Origin: Elusimicrobiota bacterium
GTDB lineage: Bacteria > Elusimicrobiota > Elusimicrobia > UBA1565 > UBA9628
DNA: 64,000 bases
Reading direction: 5' to 3'
Assembly (NCBI GenBank): GCA_016234805.1
Contig: JACRNU010000030.1
Location: 27,406-91,405, forward strand
This document shows positions 52,957 through 61,790 of the stretch, in pieces (position 1 is the first letter of the stretch; each line of letters opens with the position of its first letter). The notes below the pieces were generated by a model. That model saw only the letters and a program-made list of their open reading frames with translations, did no database searches and was not told where the DNA came from. The position numbers were made by a program, and so were the translations under genes.

Positions 52957-54495
52957 CTATTGGTTGTAGCGCTCCAGGTAGCTCTTCTTGAGCGCCTCGG
53001 CTTCCTTGGCGCTCAAGCCTTTCTTCCAGAGGTGCTCGTCCTTGGCCAGCAGGGTCTCGACCCGGGCCTTCCACTTCTTCTCCATGGCGGGGCCTTTGAG
53101 CGACGCGGCCTCCACGATGGCGGGCAGGAACTCCTCATAGAAGTGCTTGGAGACCTCGTACATGCCGTGCCAGTGCGTGTAGTCCGGGCCCATCATGCTC
53201 GCTCCGTGGCGCGCTCTGCGGCCCTCGTGGTGCCAAAGCTCGTAGTAGACCCACTGGACGCGGTGCTCGAAGGGCGCCTTGGCGTTGAGGACTCCGTCGG
53301 CCGAGAGCTCGTCCATGATGGACTTGGCGGGCTTGGCGAACTTGTCGTTGTAGAGGGTGACGAGGCTGTCGTATTGCTTGTAGAAGTTGTCGACGAATTC
53401 CCTGCCGTGGCAGTTGAGGCACACGCCGGTCATCTTGGCGCGCCTGTCCTGCCAGGTCAGGACCTGGGCCACCTTGCGGGGGGCCTTCTTCGTCACGAGG
53501 TTGGCGCCTTCCCGGACCTTCTCGACCGTTTCCACGGTCTCGCCGGGCTTGGGCAGGGCCCTTGAATCCGGGTAGTCTTCCTTGAACCCGTCCTCGAAGA
53601 CCACGAGATTGAGCTTGGAGCTGATCACGGGCCGCAGGGTCCAGCTGATGCGCTCCCCCACGTCGTGGCTGTTGCCGGTCACCTTCCCGTCCGGGGACAG
53701 GTGGCCCGAGATGTGGCAGGTGGCGCAGGTCGGGGCTGCCGAGTAGTCCTTGCCGAGGACCCAGGAGTCCTTGTCCAGGGACATCTTGTCGCGGTTGGCC
53801 TGGAAGGCGATGCCGTGCTTGGATTCGTTGTAGATCTCGATCTGCGGGTGGTCCGGCCCCATGTGGCACTTGCCGCAGTTCTCAGGGGAGCGGGCCAGCT
53901 TGGACTCGAAGGAGTGGCGGGAGTGGCAGGCGTTGCAGCTTCCCCGGGACCCGTCCGGGTTGAGCCGGCCGATGCCTGAGTTGGGCCAGGTGTCCGGGTC
54001 GATGACCGGGCGCCCTTCAGGGCCTTCCTTCAGGATGGCGCCCTGGGCGTCCTTCTTGTACTTGACGATGGAGCCGTGGCACTGGAGGCATCCGTTGACC
54101 GCGTCCGCGTTGTTGCCCGGCATGCCCGCGGCCTTTTCCGCGAGCACGTTGTCGAGGCTGGCGAGGATCTCGCCGGCCAGGGCATGGTGGCTGCGCGAGA
54201 ACTCGGAAGCCTGCTGGTCGTGGCACCCAGCGCAGGTCTTCGGGGTGACCAGGGCGGACACCCTCTCCCCGCGGTGGACCCAGGAGCCCACCTGTCCCGG
54301 GTCAGCGCCGTGACAGGCGAGACAGTCGACGCCGTTCTTGGCGTGGCGGGAGCGCTCCCACTCCAGCACCAGGGCCGCGGACTGCTTCCGGTGGCAGGCG
54401 ACGCACTTGCTCTCGGCCGAAGGCGGGGTCGGGCCCGCGGCAAAGGCCGGGTGAGGCATGCTCAGGGCGATCAGGGTGAGGATGTGAAGCATCAT
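52957..54495 (-). CDS. Octaheme c-type cytochrome (multiheme, HAO/tetrathionate-reductase-like superfamily), secreted.
   Basis: Signal peptide and eight CxxCH motifs: CVACH, CLACH, CAGCH, CLQCH, CNACH, CGKCH, CATCH, CLNCH. Confidence 0.8.
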   Translation of the reverse strand: MMLHILTLIALSMPHPAFAAGPTPPSAESKCVACHRKQSAALVLEWERSRHAKNGVDCLACHGADPGQVGSWVHRGERVSALVTPKTCAGCHDQQASEFSRSHHALAGEILASLDNVLAEKAAGMPGNNADAVNGCLQCHGSIVKYKKDAQGAILKEGPEGRPVIDPDTWPNSGIGRLNPDGSRGSCNACHSRHSFESKLARSPENCGKCHMGPDHPQIEIYNESKHGIAFQANRDKMSLDKDSWVLGKDYSAAPTCATCHISGHLSPDGKVTGNSHDVGERISWTLRPVISSKLNLVVFEDGFKEDYPDSRALPKPGETVETVEKVREGANLVTKKAPRKVAQVLTWQDRRAKMTGVCLNCHGREFVDNFYKQYDSLVTLYNDKFAKPAKSIMDELSADGVLNAKAPFEHRVQWVYYELWHHEGRRARHGASMMGPDYTHWHGMYEVSKHFYEEFLPAIVEAASLKGPAMEKKWKARVETLLAKDEHLWKKGLSAKEAEALKKSYLERYNQ

Positions 54496-54496
54496 G

Positions 54497-55255
54497 CTAC
54501 TTCACCCATTCCTCGGACAGGACCCCGCCCTGGATGCCCACGACCACGGCTTTGAGCGGGATCTTGCGCTTGGCGGATTCGAGGGCGCGCTGGGCCAGGC
54601 CCAGCAGCCCCCGGCAGCACGGGACCTGCATGATCATCACGGTCAGGGTGTTGATGTCGGACTCGTCGATGAGGGCCACGAGCTTCTCGAGGTAGGCTTC
54701 CTGGCCGTCGTCGAGCTTGGGGCAGGCGATGGCGAGCTTCTTGCCCTTGAGATGCTTGCCGTGGAAATCTCCGAGGCTGTAGGCCACGCAGTCGGCCGCG
54801 AGCACCACGTCCGCGCCCTGGAAGTAGGGCGCCGCTGGAGACACGAGGTGGAGCTGGATCGGCCACTGCGAGAGCTGGGAGGAGACGTCTCCCGAGGCCC
54901 CGGCCGCGTTGCCTGCGCCGAAGTCCATCATCCGGGATCCAGGACAGCCCCCGTGTCCGCCCCCGTGTCCCGGGCCGGCGGGTGCGAGCTGGGGCGGAGG
55001 GGGGATCGGCCTGCCCAGCTTCTTGAGATGCTTCTCAACCGCGCCTTGGTCGAAGGCCGGAGCGTCGCGTTCTTCGATGATGATGGCGTCCCGCGGGCAG
55101 ACGTCGAGGCAGGCCCCGAGCCCGTCGCAGTAGAGCTCCTTGACCAGCCTGGCCTTGCCGTCCTTGACCTGGATGGCGCCCTCGGCGCAGGCGTTGACGC
55201 AGATGCCGCAGCCGTCGCACTTCTCGTCATCGAACCGGACGATCTTTCTTTTCAT
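54497..55255 (-). CDS. 4Fe-4S dicluster ferredoxin-domain protein with an additional C-terminal Cys-containing domain.
   Basis: CDGCGICVNACAEGAI and CDGLGACLDVCPRDAI (2x[4Fe-4S]); the C-terminal domain has AIACP...VPCCRG. Confidence 0.7.
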   Translation of the reverse strand: MKRKIVRFDDEKCDGCGICVNACAEGAIQVKDGKARLVKELYCDGLGACLDVCPRDAIIIEERDAPAFDQGAVEKHLKKLGRPIPPPPQLAPAGPGHGGGHGGCPGSRMMDFGAGNAAGASGDVSSQLSQWPIQLHLVSPAAPYFQGADVVLAADCVAYSLGDFHGKHLKGKKLAIACPKLDDGQEAYLEKLVALIDESDINTLTVMIMQVPCCRGLLGLAQRALESAKRKIPLKAVVVGIQGGVLSEEWVK

Positions 55256-55273
55256 GATTTCAGTCCGGTGCGC

Positions 55274-56938
55274 TTACGCCGCGGTCTTCACTCCGAGGAT
55301 GGCTTCGAGGTCCTTGGCCGGGGTGGTGGTCGGTGCGATGCCGAACTTGTCCACGAGCACCTGCAGCGCCGCGGGCGTCACGAAGGCCGGCAGGGTGGGT
55401 CCCAGCCGGATGTTCTTGATGCCGAGGTGCAGCAGGGAGAGCAGGATGCAGACCGCCTTCTGCTCGTACCAGGACAGGACCAGGGACAGGGGCAGGTCGT
55501 TGACCCCGCACTTGAAGGCCCCGGCCAGGGCCGCCGCGATCTGGACCGCGGAGTAGGCGTCGTTGCACTGTCCCACGTCGAGGAGCCGGGGGATGCCGTT
55601 GATGTCGCCGAAGTCGAGCTTGTTGAAGCGGAACTTGCCGCAGGCCAGGGTGAGGATGACGCAGTCCTTGGGCACGGCCGTGGCGAGGTCCGTGTAGTAG
55701 TTGCGGCCGGGCTTGGCCCCGTCGCAGCCGCCGATGAGGAAGAAGTGCCGGATCTTCTTGCCCTGGACCGCGGCGATGACCTTGTCCGCCACGCCGAGGA
55801 CCGCGTTGCGGCCAAACCCGACGGTGATGGAGGCGTCGTGCCCGTCGGCCTTGAAGCCCTCGGCCTCAAGGGCGGCCTTGATGACCCGGGAGAAGTCGCG
55901 GTCCGCGATGTGGGAGACTCCCGGCCAGGCCACGAGACCGCTCGTGAAGATGCGGCCCTGGTAGGACTCGGCGGGCTTCTGGATGCAGTTCGTGGTCATG
56001 AGGACCGCGCCCGGGAACCTGGCGAACTCCTTCTGCTGCTCCTGCCAGGCCCCGCCGTAGTTGCCCGCGAGGTGCTTGTATTTCTTCAGGCCCGGATACG
56101 CGTGGGCCGGCAGCATCTCGCCATGGGTGTAGACGTTGACGCCCTTGCCTTCTGTCTGCTTGAGGAGCTCTTCGAGGTCCTTGAGGTCGTGGCCGGAGAT
56201 CAGGATGGCCTTGCCCTTGACGGGCTCGACCCGCACCTTGGTGGGCTCGGGGTGGCCGTAGGTCCCGGTGTTGGCCGCGTCGAGCAGTCCCATGACCTTG
56301 AGGTTGACCTCGCCGCAGCGGAGGTTCCACTTGAGGAGCTCGTTGATGTCCTTGGGGTCATCCGCGAGGAAGGAGAGGGCTTCGTGGAAGAAGGCGTAGA
56401 CCTCGTCGGACTCCTGCCCCAGGATGAGGGCGTGGTCCGCGTACACGGCCGTGCCCTTGACCCCGTAGGTCAGGAGCTCCTGAAGGCCGGTCACGTCGCC
56501 GCCGTTGGCCGCCTTGCGGGAGTCGATGCCGAGCGCTCGGCTCTCCGCGACCAGGGCCGAACGGCCGGAGGGGATCTCCCAAGTCGCCGGGCCGGAGACC
56601 TTGCCCGCGGGCTTGCCGGACTTGGAGGCCGCCCGCTCGAAGAGCTGGCGGGCCTTGTCGCGGAGCTCTCCGCCTTGGCGGACGAGCGCCTCGAGCCTGG
56701 ACGGGTCGAAATTCACGTTCGTGACGGTGGTGAAGAGCGCCTCCACCACGAACCGGTCGAGCCCGGCGTCCTTGACCGACAGGGCCCGGGCGCGGTGCGC
56801 GTATTGCGAGATCCCGGTCGCGACGCGCAGGAGCGCGTCCTGAAGGGCCGCGGTCTCAGGGTCTTTCCCGCAGACGCCGACCTTGGTGCAGCCCTTGCCT
56901 CCGACGGCCTGCTCGCACTGGTAACAGAACATGTCCAT
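55274..56938 (-). CDS. hcp: Hybrid cluster protein / hydroxylamine reductase.
   Basis: MDMFCYQCEQAVGGKGCTKVGVCGK is the N-terminal Cys motif; length 554 aa; C-terminal hybrid-cluster ligands (GGCDGAKPGRNYY). Confidence 0.9.
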   Translation of the reverse strand: MDMFCYQCEQAVGGKGCTKVGVCGKDPETAALQDALLRVATGISQYAHRARALSVKDAGLDRFVVEALFTTVTNVNFDPSRLEALVRQGGELRDKARQLFERAASKSGKPAGKVSGPATWEIPSGRSALVAESRALGIDSRKAANGGDVTGLQELLTYGVKGTAVYADHALILGQESDEVYAFFHEALSFLADDPKDINELLKWNLRCGEVNLKVMGLLDAANTGTYGHPEPTKVRVEPVKGKAILISGHDLKDLEELLKQTEGKGVNVYTHGEMLPAHAYPGLKKYKHLAGNYGGAWQEQQKEFARFPGAVLMTTNCIQKPAESYQGRIFTSGLVAWPGVSHIADRDFSRVIKAALEAEGFKADGHDASITVGFGRNAVLGVADKVIAAVQGKKIRHFFLIGGCDGAKPGRNYYTDLATAVPKDCVILTLACGKFRFNKLDFGDINGIPRLLDVGQCNDAYSAVQIAAALAGAFKCGVNDLPLSLVLSWYEQKAVCILLSLLHLGIKNIRLGPTLPAFVTPAALQVLVDKFGIAPTTTPAKDLEAILGVKTAA

Positions 56939-56953
56939 TTCGATGCTCCTCCT

Positions 56954-57424
56954 TTATATTAGGGCCCTTCTTTTCGCAAATCGTGGTCCCGGCTTCCTGG
57001 ATCTTCCATCGGTCTCCGCGGGAGCCCGGACCAGGTCCGAGAGCCGGGCGCGCATCTGCTCGGCCATGGCCTTGCTGACGGAGTGCAGCATGTCCCCGAG
57101 CGCGCAGGTCCCCATGCAGCAGCGGTCCTTGTCCAGCAGGCACGCGCCCAGGGAGCGCGCGCCCTCGATGGCCTGGAACACCTCTCCGAGCCTGATGGAT
57201 TCGGCGCTCCGGGCCAGGGCGTAGCCGCCCTTGGGCCCGCGGGTCGAGGCCGCCAGGCCGGCGTGGACCAGGCGCTGCAGGACTTTCTGGAGGTGCGCGG
57301 CCGAGACCTTGAGCTCCGCTGCCAGGTCCGGCACGGTGCTGGACCGGCCGGGCCGGCCCGCGATGAGCATCATGGCGTGGACGCCGATCGCGGACGCTTC
57401 CGAGATGTTGAGGATGCCTGGCAT
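56954..57424 (-). CDS. Rrf2-family transcriptional regulator (NsrR/IscR-like, three Cys cluster ligands).
   Basis: N-terminal wHTH (AIGVHAMMLIAGRPGRSSTVPDLAAELKVSAAHLQKVLQRLVHAGL) and CLLDKDRCCMGTC. Confidence 0.8.
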   Translation of the reverse strand: MPGILNISEASAIGVHAMMLIAGRPGRSSTVPDLAAELKVSAAHLQKVLQRLVHAGLAASTRGPKGGYALARSAESIRLGEVFQAIEGARSLGACLLDKDRCCMGTCALGDMLHSVSKAMAEQMRARLSDLVRAPAETDGRSRKPGPRFAKRRALI

Positions 57425-57453
57425 GGTCGAGGGTCTCGCTTAAATCTGGTAAT

Positions 57454-57469
57454 CTGGTAATAAATTACC
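57454..57469. promoter_or_regulatory. Perfect palindrome TGGTAAT-AA-ATTACCA (with an upstream direct repeat ATCTGGTAATCTGGTAAT) 30 nt upstream of the Rrf2 regulator gene; candidate Rrf2 operator.
   Basis: Direct reading of 57444-57469, which is AT-rich. Confidence 0.45.
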
Positions 57470-57486
57470 ATAATACCGGATTTATG

Positions 57487-58107
57487 TCAAGGGTTTTGTT
57501 TCCCAGGCGGGGGGCCGGCCTGGAGGTGGACCCAGTGCCAGAAGTCGGGGCTGAGCTCCGTGTAGGGGCCGCGGAGCGCGGGCTCGGCGAGCCGGTCGAA
57601 GAGGTCCCGGAATTCCCGGACCCGCCGGGCCTCGTCCTGCGAGGGCGGCCGCTGGGCCGCGAACAGGCGGCCCATGTCCTCCGCGGCCGCCAGGAGCCGG
57701 GCCGCGAGCAGCTCGAACTCTTCGATCGTGAGGCTGTCCGTGGATTCGTGCCAGCGCCGGGCCGCGAGGAAGGAGGGCGTCCCGCTTGCGCGGCGGCAGG
57801 TCGTGGCCATGCCGGTCGCGGCGCTGAACACGGCCTCTCCCATGGGGGCGAAGACCTCGGGCTGTCCGCCGGGCCCGCGGAAAAGGGGATAGAAGAAAAC
57901 GCGGAACTCGCGGCCGTCCCGGTCTCCCGTGGGCACGGGCCAGGAGGCCGGCCACTCCGCGGGGATCTGGGAGTCGCACGGCGGCGCGGCGTGAAGGCCG
58001 CGCATGGCGGTCCTCAAGGCGCTCTCCAAGGGCTTTTCCTGCTTGCGGCAGGCGAGCCCGGAGAGGACGACGCTCCCCGCCAGGCCGGCGACGAGGAAGC
58101 GCTTCAT
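57487..58107 (-). CDS. Hypothetical lipoprotein.
   Basis: MKRFLVAGLAGSVVLSGLAC is a lipobox. Start at the internal ATG, with 4-nt overlap to the upstream gene. Confidence 0.45.
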   Translation of the reverse strand: MKRFLVAGLAGSVVLSGLACRKQEKPLESALRTAMRGLHAAPPCDSQIPAEWPASWPVPTGDRDGREFRVFFYPLFRGPGGQPEVFAPMGEAVFSAATGMATTCRRASGTPSFLAARRWHESTDSLTIEEFELLAARLLAAAEDMGRLFAAQRPPSQDEARRVREFRDLFDRLAEPALRGPYTELSPDFWHWVHLQAGPPPGKQNP

Positions 58108-58835
58108 CGCGTCGCGGCCCGGCGCGGGATGCCGGTCATGATCAGGGATGGGCCTTCTTTCTTGCGCGAGCAACAGCTCTTCGGCTTGCACGCGGCGCAG
58201 AACGCGAAGCCGGGCTCGAAGGCGTGCAGGGAGGGCGGCGCCGCGGCCACGACTCCGGAGATCGATTTGACGGGCGTCATGAGGAGGGTCTCGCTCAGGG
58301 ACAGCCCGATCCTTCCGGGCCGCAGATGCGCGAGGAGCTTCTTTTGGCCGCTCAGGTGCCAGCCGCAGTAGCCCGGGCTGTACCTGAGGGACCGGAGTCC
58401 TTCCTTGGCCCACGCGCGATGGCGCTCGGTCTCGACCCATGCCGCGGCCCGGTCCGCGGCAAGAGACGCCGCGGTGTCGAGCAGGCATCCGAGGGTGGAG
58501 TCGTTGACGGAGAAGAGACGGTCGATCTCGTCGCAGACCGGCTGGCCGAGCGTGACCGCGAACAGGGCCAGGCGTTCGGCCCCGGAGAAGACCGCCTCCA
58601 GGGGGTTGGGGGTCTCATTGAAACCCTCGCCCGCGAAGACCTTCAGGAACTTCTTCGGGGAGACCTCGCGGACCACTGCGGACGGGGCCGCGAGCCTAAC
58701 CAGGAGGTGGATGGCCGCGGCCTCCGCCGCCGCGGGCCGCGCCCGGCCCGTGACGCCCTGGGCGTGGAGCAGCGCCCCTGCGTCGGGCTTCACCGCAGAC
58801 ACGGGGATGGAGAAGGACCGGTCGGATGCGTTCAT
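58104..58835 (-). CDS. Vitamin B12-dependent methionine synthase activation-domain-like protein.
   Basis: AWAKEGLRSLRYSPGYCGWHLSGQKKLL resembles the Met_synt_B12 (AdoMet-binding activation) domain. The start overlaps the mgtE stop (ATGA). Confidence 0.45.
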   Translation of the reverse strand: MNASDRSFSIPVSAVKPDAGALLHAQGVTGRARPAAAEAAAIHLLVRLAAPSAVVREVSPKKFLKVFAGEGFNETPNPLEAVFSGAERLALFAVTLGQPVCDEIDRLFSVNDSTLGCLLDTAASLAADRAAAWVETERHRAWAKEGLRSLRYSPGYCGWHLSGQKKLLAHLRPGRIGLSLSETLLMTPVKSISGVVAAAPPSLHAFEPGFAFCAACKPKSCCSRKKEGPSLIMTGIPRRAATR

Positions 58836-60142
58836 GTCAGCCAGGCCGAAAAGACCGTGGCAAATCCCAGGAAGGCGGAGAAGCCCACCACGTCCGTCAC
58901 GGTGGTCAGGAAGATGCCCGAGGACTGTGCCGGGTCGAAGCCCAGCTTCTTCATGGCGATGGGGATGGCCGCTCCTGCCGCTCCCGCGGCCACGAGGTTG
59001 ACCACCATGGCCAGGCCGATGACCAGTCCGAGCGCGGGGTTGCCCTTCCACAGCCAGGTCACCACTGCCGTGACCAGGCCGATGGCGGCCCCGTTGACGA
59101 GCCCAACCGCGGATTCCTTCATGATGGCCGTCCACGCGTCCGAGGGCTTGATCTCCCGCATGATGAGTCCCCGGAGGATGATGGAGAGGCTCTGCGTGCC
59201 CGCGTTGCCGCCCTGGCCGGCCACGATGGGCAGGAACACGGCCAGGACCGCGAACCGGGTGATGAGGTCCTCGAAGACGGCCACCACGCTCGCGGCGAGG
59301 AACGCCGTGGCGAGGTTGACCAACAGCCACCCGAGCCTGCGCGAGACCTTGAACGGGACCGGGGAGAGCGCGCGCTCGTCCGCGCTGCCGCCGAAGAGGA
59401 TCTGCAGGTCCTCGGCCGCGCCGTCATGCCCCGGCTCGAGCAGGTGGTGCGTGGCCACCACTCCGAGCAGGCGGCCGTCGTTGTCCGCCACCGGGAACGC
59501 GATGTACTGCTTCTCCGCTGCCAGGCGCACGAGCTCCTCACGGTCCATGAAGGGGGAGACCGCGAGCACGCCCTTGCGCATCACCGACTCGATGGGGACC
59601 GAGGCATCGGCGAGCAGGAGGTCGCGCATGTTGAGGACCCCGGCGAGCCTGTTCCCCGCTCCCACGACATATGCGTAGGTCGCGGCATTGTGGTTGTGCG
59701 CCAGCTCCCTCAGCTTCTGGACCGCCTCGCGCACCAAGGTGTCCTTGGGGAAGGCGATGTGGTCCGGGGTCATGAGCCGGCCCGCGCTGTCCTCGGGGTA
59801 GGACAGGAGCTCCTGGATGGCTTTCCTGCGCTCGGCCGGGAGAGAGTCCACGACCGCGGCGCGCGCGACCGCGGTCATGGCTCGGAAAGCGTCCGCTGCC
59901 GGGCCTTGGCCCGCCTTCTGCAGGATCTCTCCGGCCGCGTCAGGCTGGAGGGTCTCGAGCAGGCCGGCCAGGAAGCCGGGATGCAGGTGCGGCGCGACCG
60001 ATGCCGTGGCTCCAGCAGGGAGCCCGGACAGGAGGGCCTGGCTTTCGCCGGGTTCGAGCTCCTGCAGGAAGCGGGCCGCGGCAGGCGCGTCCGTCTCGAT
60101 GAGACGCTTGAACGCCGCGGCCGCGAGCTTTTTCGTTGGCAT
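58832..60142 (-). CDS. mgtE: Magnesium transporter MgtE.
   Basis: N-terminal domain, CBS pair, and a C-terminal TM domain with VFLPIVAGQGGNAGTQS and TDVVGFSAFLGFA. Confidence 0.85.
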   Translation of the reverse strand: MPTKKLAAAAFKRLIETDAPAAARFLQELEPGESQALLSGLPAGATASVAPHLHPGFLAGLLETLQPDAAGEILQKAGQGPAADAFRAMTAVARAAVVDSLPAERRKAIQELLSYPEDSAGRLMTPDHIAFPKDTLVREAVQKLRELAHNHNAATYAYVVGAGNRLAGVLNMRDLLLADASVPIESVMRKGVLAVSPFMDREELVRLAAEKQYIAFPVADNDGRLLGVVATHHLLEPGHDGAAEDLQILFGGSADERALSPVPFKVSRRLGWLLVNLATAFLAASVVAVFEDLITRFAVLAVFLPIVAGQGGNAGTQSLSIILRGLIMREIKPSDAWTAIMKESAVGLVNGAAIGLVTAVVTWLWKGNPALGLVIGLAMVVNLVAAGAAGAAIPIAMKKLGFDPAQSSGIFLTTVTDVVGFSAFLGFATVFSAWLT

Positions 60143-60224
60143 GAAAGTCCTGTGAGGATTCTAACAAAATGCGCTGCCCGGCCGTGGTTCACTCAAAATG
60201 CCATAATGAGAATGTCCTCTCCCC

Positions 60225-61241
60225 ATGGATACCGGTTCCTTCGAAAAGTCGTTCAGCCGGGCCTTGGATCGGCGAAAAGCCCTCTTGGAGACCCTCCACG
60301 CGGAAGGCACGGACTGCTACCGCCTGTTCCACGGCATCTCCGAGGGCTGGCCCGGCCTGGCCATCGACCGTTACGGCCCGTTGATCCTCCTGCAGACCTT
60401 CCGCGAAAGCCTTGCTCCCGGAGACCTGGGATCCATCGAAGAGGTCCTCCGCGGGAAGCTTCCTCATCCCTTCGATCTCGCGTGCAACCACCGCGGAGAG
60501 GGCTCCACCCGGGCTTTAGAGGAATGGCGGCGCGCTCGGCCCGAGTCCCCTATCGAGATCCAGTGCAAGGAGTTCGGGCTGAGCTACCTGATCCGGGCCA
60601 GGCACCGGGGCCTAGACCCGTGGCTCTTCCTCGACCTGCGGCCGGGGCGCAGGTTCCTCAAGGCCGCGGCCAGGGGCATGAGCGTCCTGAACCTCTTCTC
60701 CTACACCTGCGGCTCAGGGGTCTGCGCCGCTGCCGGAGGAGCGAACGAGGTCTGGAACGTGGACTTCGCGTCCTCGAACCTCGAGATCGGCAGGAGGAAC
60801 GCGCTCCTCAACGGGATCCCTGAGGCGCGGTTCCGTGTCATCGAGGAGGACTGCCTGGCGGTCCTGCGCCAGCTCGCGGGTATCCCGGTGGGACGGCGCG
60901 GAGTCAAGGCCGGCCGGTACCAGAGGTTCGAGCCGAGGCTTTTCGACCTGGTGTTCCTCGACCCGCCGGCCTGGTCCAAGGGCCCCTTTGGGGCCGTGGA
61001 CGTCGCTGGAGACTACCCTTCTTTGTTCAAGCCCGCGGTCCTGTCCGCCAAGCCCGGGGGAAGGGTGATCGCGACCAACCATGTCCCGACCGCGGGATTC
61101 GACACCTGGGTTTCGGTCCTGGCCCGCTGCGCCGCCAAGGCGGGAAGGCCTGTCAGGTCCCTCCAGAGGCTCGAGCCCGAGGGAGACTTCCCCTCGTTCG
61201 ACGGGCAGCCTCCTCTGAAGATCGTGGTCTGCGAAGTCTAA
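60225..61241 (+). CDS. Class I SAM-dependent RNA methyltransferase (RlmI/RlmK-like).
   Basis: VLNLFSYTCGSGVCAA (motif I), DLVFLDPPAWSKG (motif IV; the DPP is typical of base methyltransferases). Confidence 0.65.
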   Translation: MDTGSFEKSFSRALDRRKALLETLHAEGTDCYRLFHGISEGWPGLAIDRYGPLILLQTFRESLAPGDLGSIEEVLRGKLPHPFDLACNHRGEGSTRALEEWRRARPESPIEIQCKEFGLSYLIRARHRGLDPWLFLDLRPGRRFLKAAARGMSVLNLFSYTCGSGVCAAAGGANEVWNVDFASSNLEIGRRNALLNGIPEARFRVIEEDCLAVLRQLAGIPVGRRGVKAGRYQRFEPRLFDLVFLDPPAWSKGPFGAVDVAGDYPSLFKPAVLSAKPGGRVIATNHVPTAGFDTWVSVLARCAAKAGRPVRSLQRLEPEGDFPSFDGQPPLKIVVCEV

Positions 61242-61483
61242 GCGTCCCGCAGCGCGAGGCGCACGTGGGTCTTGCTGGCCCCGGTCTCGCCCGCCACCCG
61301 GTCCACGAGTTCCGAGTCGCTCAGGCCCCTGCCGATGGAGCGGCCGTGCCTGTTGTGTTCCTGCCAGCGCTGCATGCTCGCCCGGATGGCTTTCGCGTTC
61401 TCCTGGGTGTGCTCGAGCGCCGTGGGCGCTGATTCCGAGACGGCGTGGTCAGGCCTCGACCGGCTGTCGGTCAGGGGCTTCAT
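61238..61483 (-). CDS. Hypothetical small protein (81 aa) with an HU/HTH-like C-terminal helix.
   Basis: MKPLTDSRSRPDH...GLSDSELVDRVAGETGASKTHVRLALRDA. Start overlaps the stop of an upstream 57-aa ORF (ATGA). Confidence 0.3.
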   Translation of the reverse strand: MKPLTDSRSRPDHAVSESAPTALEHTQENAKAIRASMQRWQEHNRHGRSIGRGLSDSELVDRVAGETGASKTHVRLALRDA

Positions 61484-61653
61484 GACTTCCCCTTGCCCGC
61501 CTTGGGCCCGGACGGGACCGCTTTCCGGTCCTCCATGGTGCGATGGTGCGGGCAGAGGTTCTTCTTGCCCATGTTCTTGACCCCGGTCTTCTTCAAGCAG
61601 CGATGCGCCCGGGAATAGGTCGAGTGCAGGGTGGTGGCGTCGCACTGTTTCAT
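61480..61653 (-). CDS. Possible small basic Cys/His-containing protein (57 aa), not in the ORF track because it is below the length cutoff.
   Basis: MKQCDATTLHSTYSRAHRCLKKTGVKNMGKKNLCPHHRTMEDRKAVPSGPKAGKGKS; translationally coupled to the downstream ORF. Read by hand. Confidence 0.25.
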   Translation of the reverse strand: MKQCDATTLHSTYSRAHRCLKKTGVKNMGKKNLCPHHRTMEDRKAVPSGPKAGKGKS

Positions 61654-61790
61654 CTGGGGACTTCCTTGCGAGACCCGCGTCCCGCGCTGCTTCGGTGCGG
61701 TCGCAAGGCGCCGGCTGCCGGCGGACGGGTAGGAGGAACCTTGTGTTCTACCCTGTCATTATACCAGTTATTGAGGGACTCGGGGCGCGG

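Noticed and set aside
54494-56962. 822-aa plus-strand ORF antisense to hcp and the ferredoxin gene.
   Set aside because: It is antisense to two genes with unmistakable motifs (MFCYQCEQ, CxxCxxCxxxCP), and its translation is Gly/Arg/Val low-complexity.
58224-60823. 484- and 665-aa plus-strand ORFs opposite mgtE and the B12-activation-domain gene.
   Set aside because: They are antisense to well-supported genes, with Arg-rich low-complexity translations.
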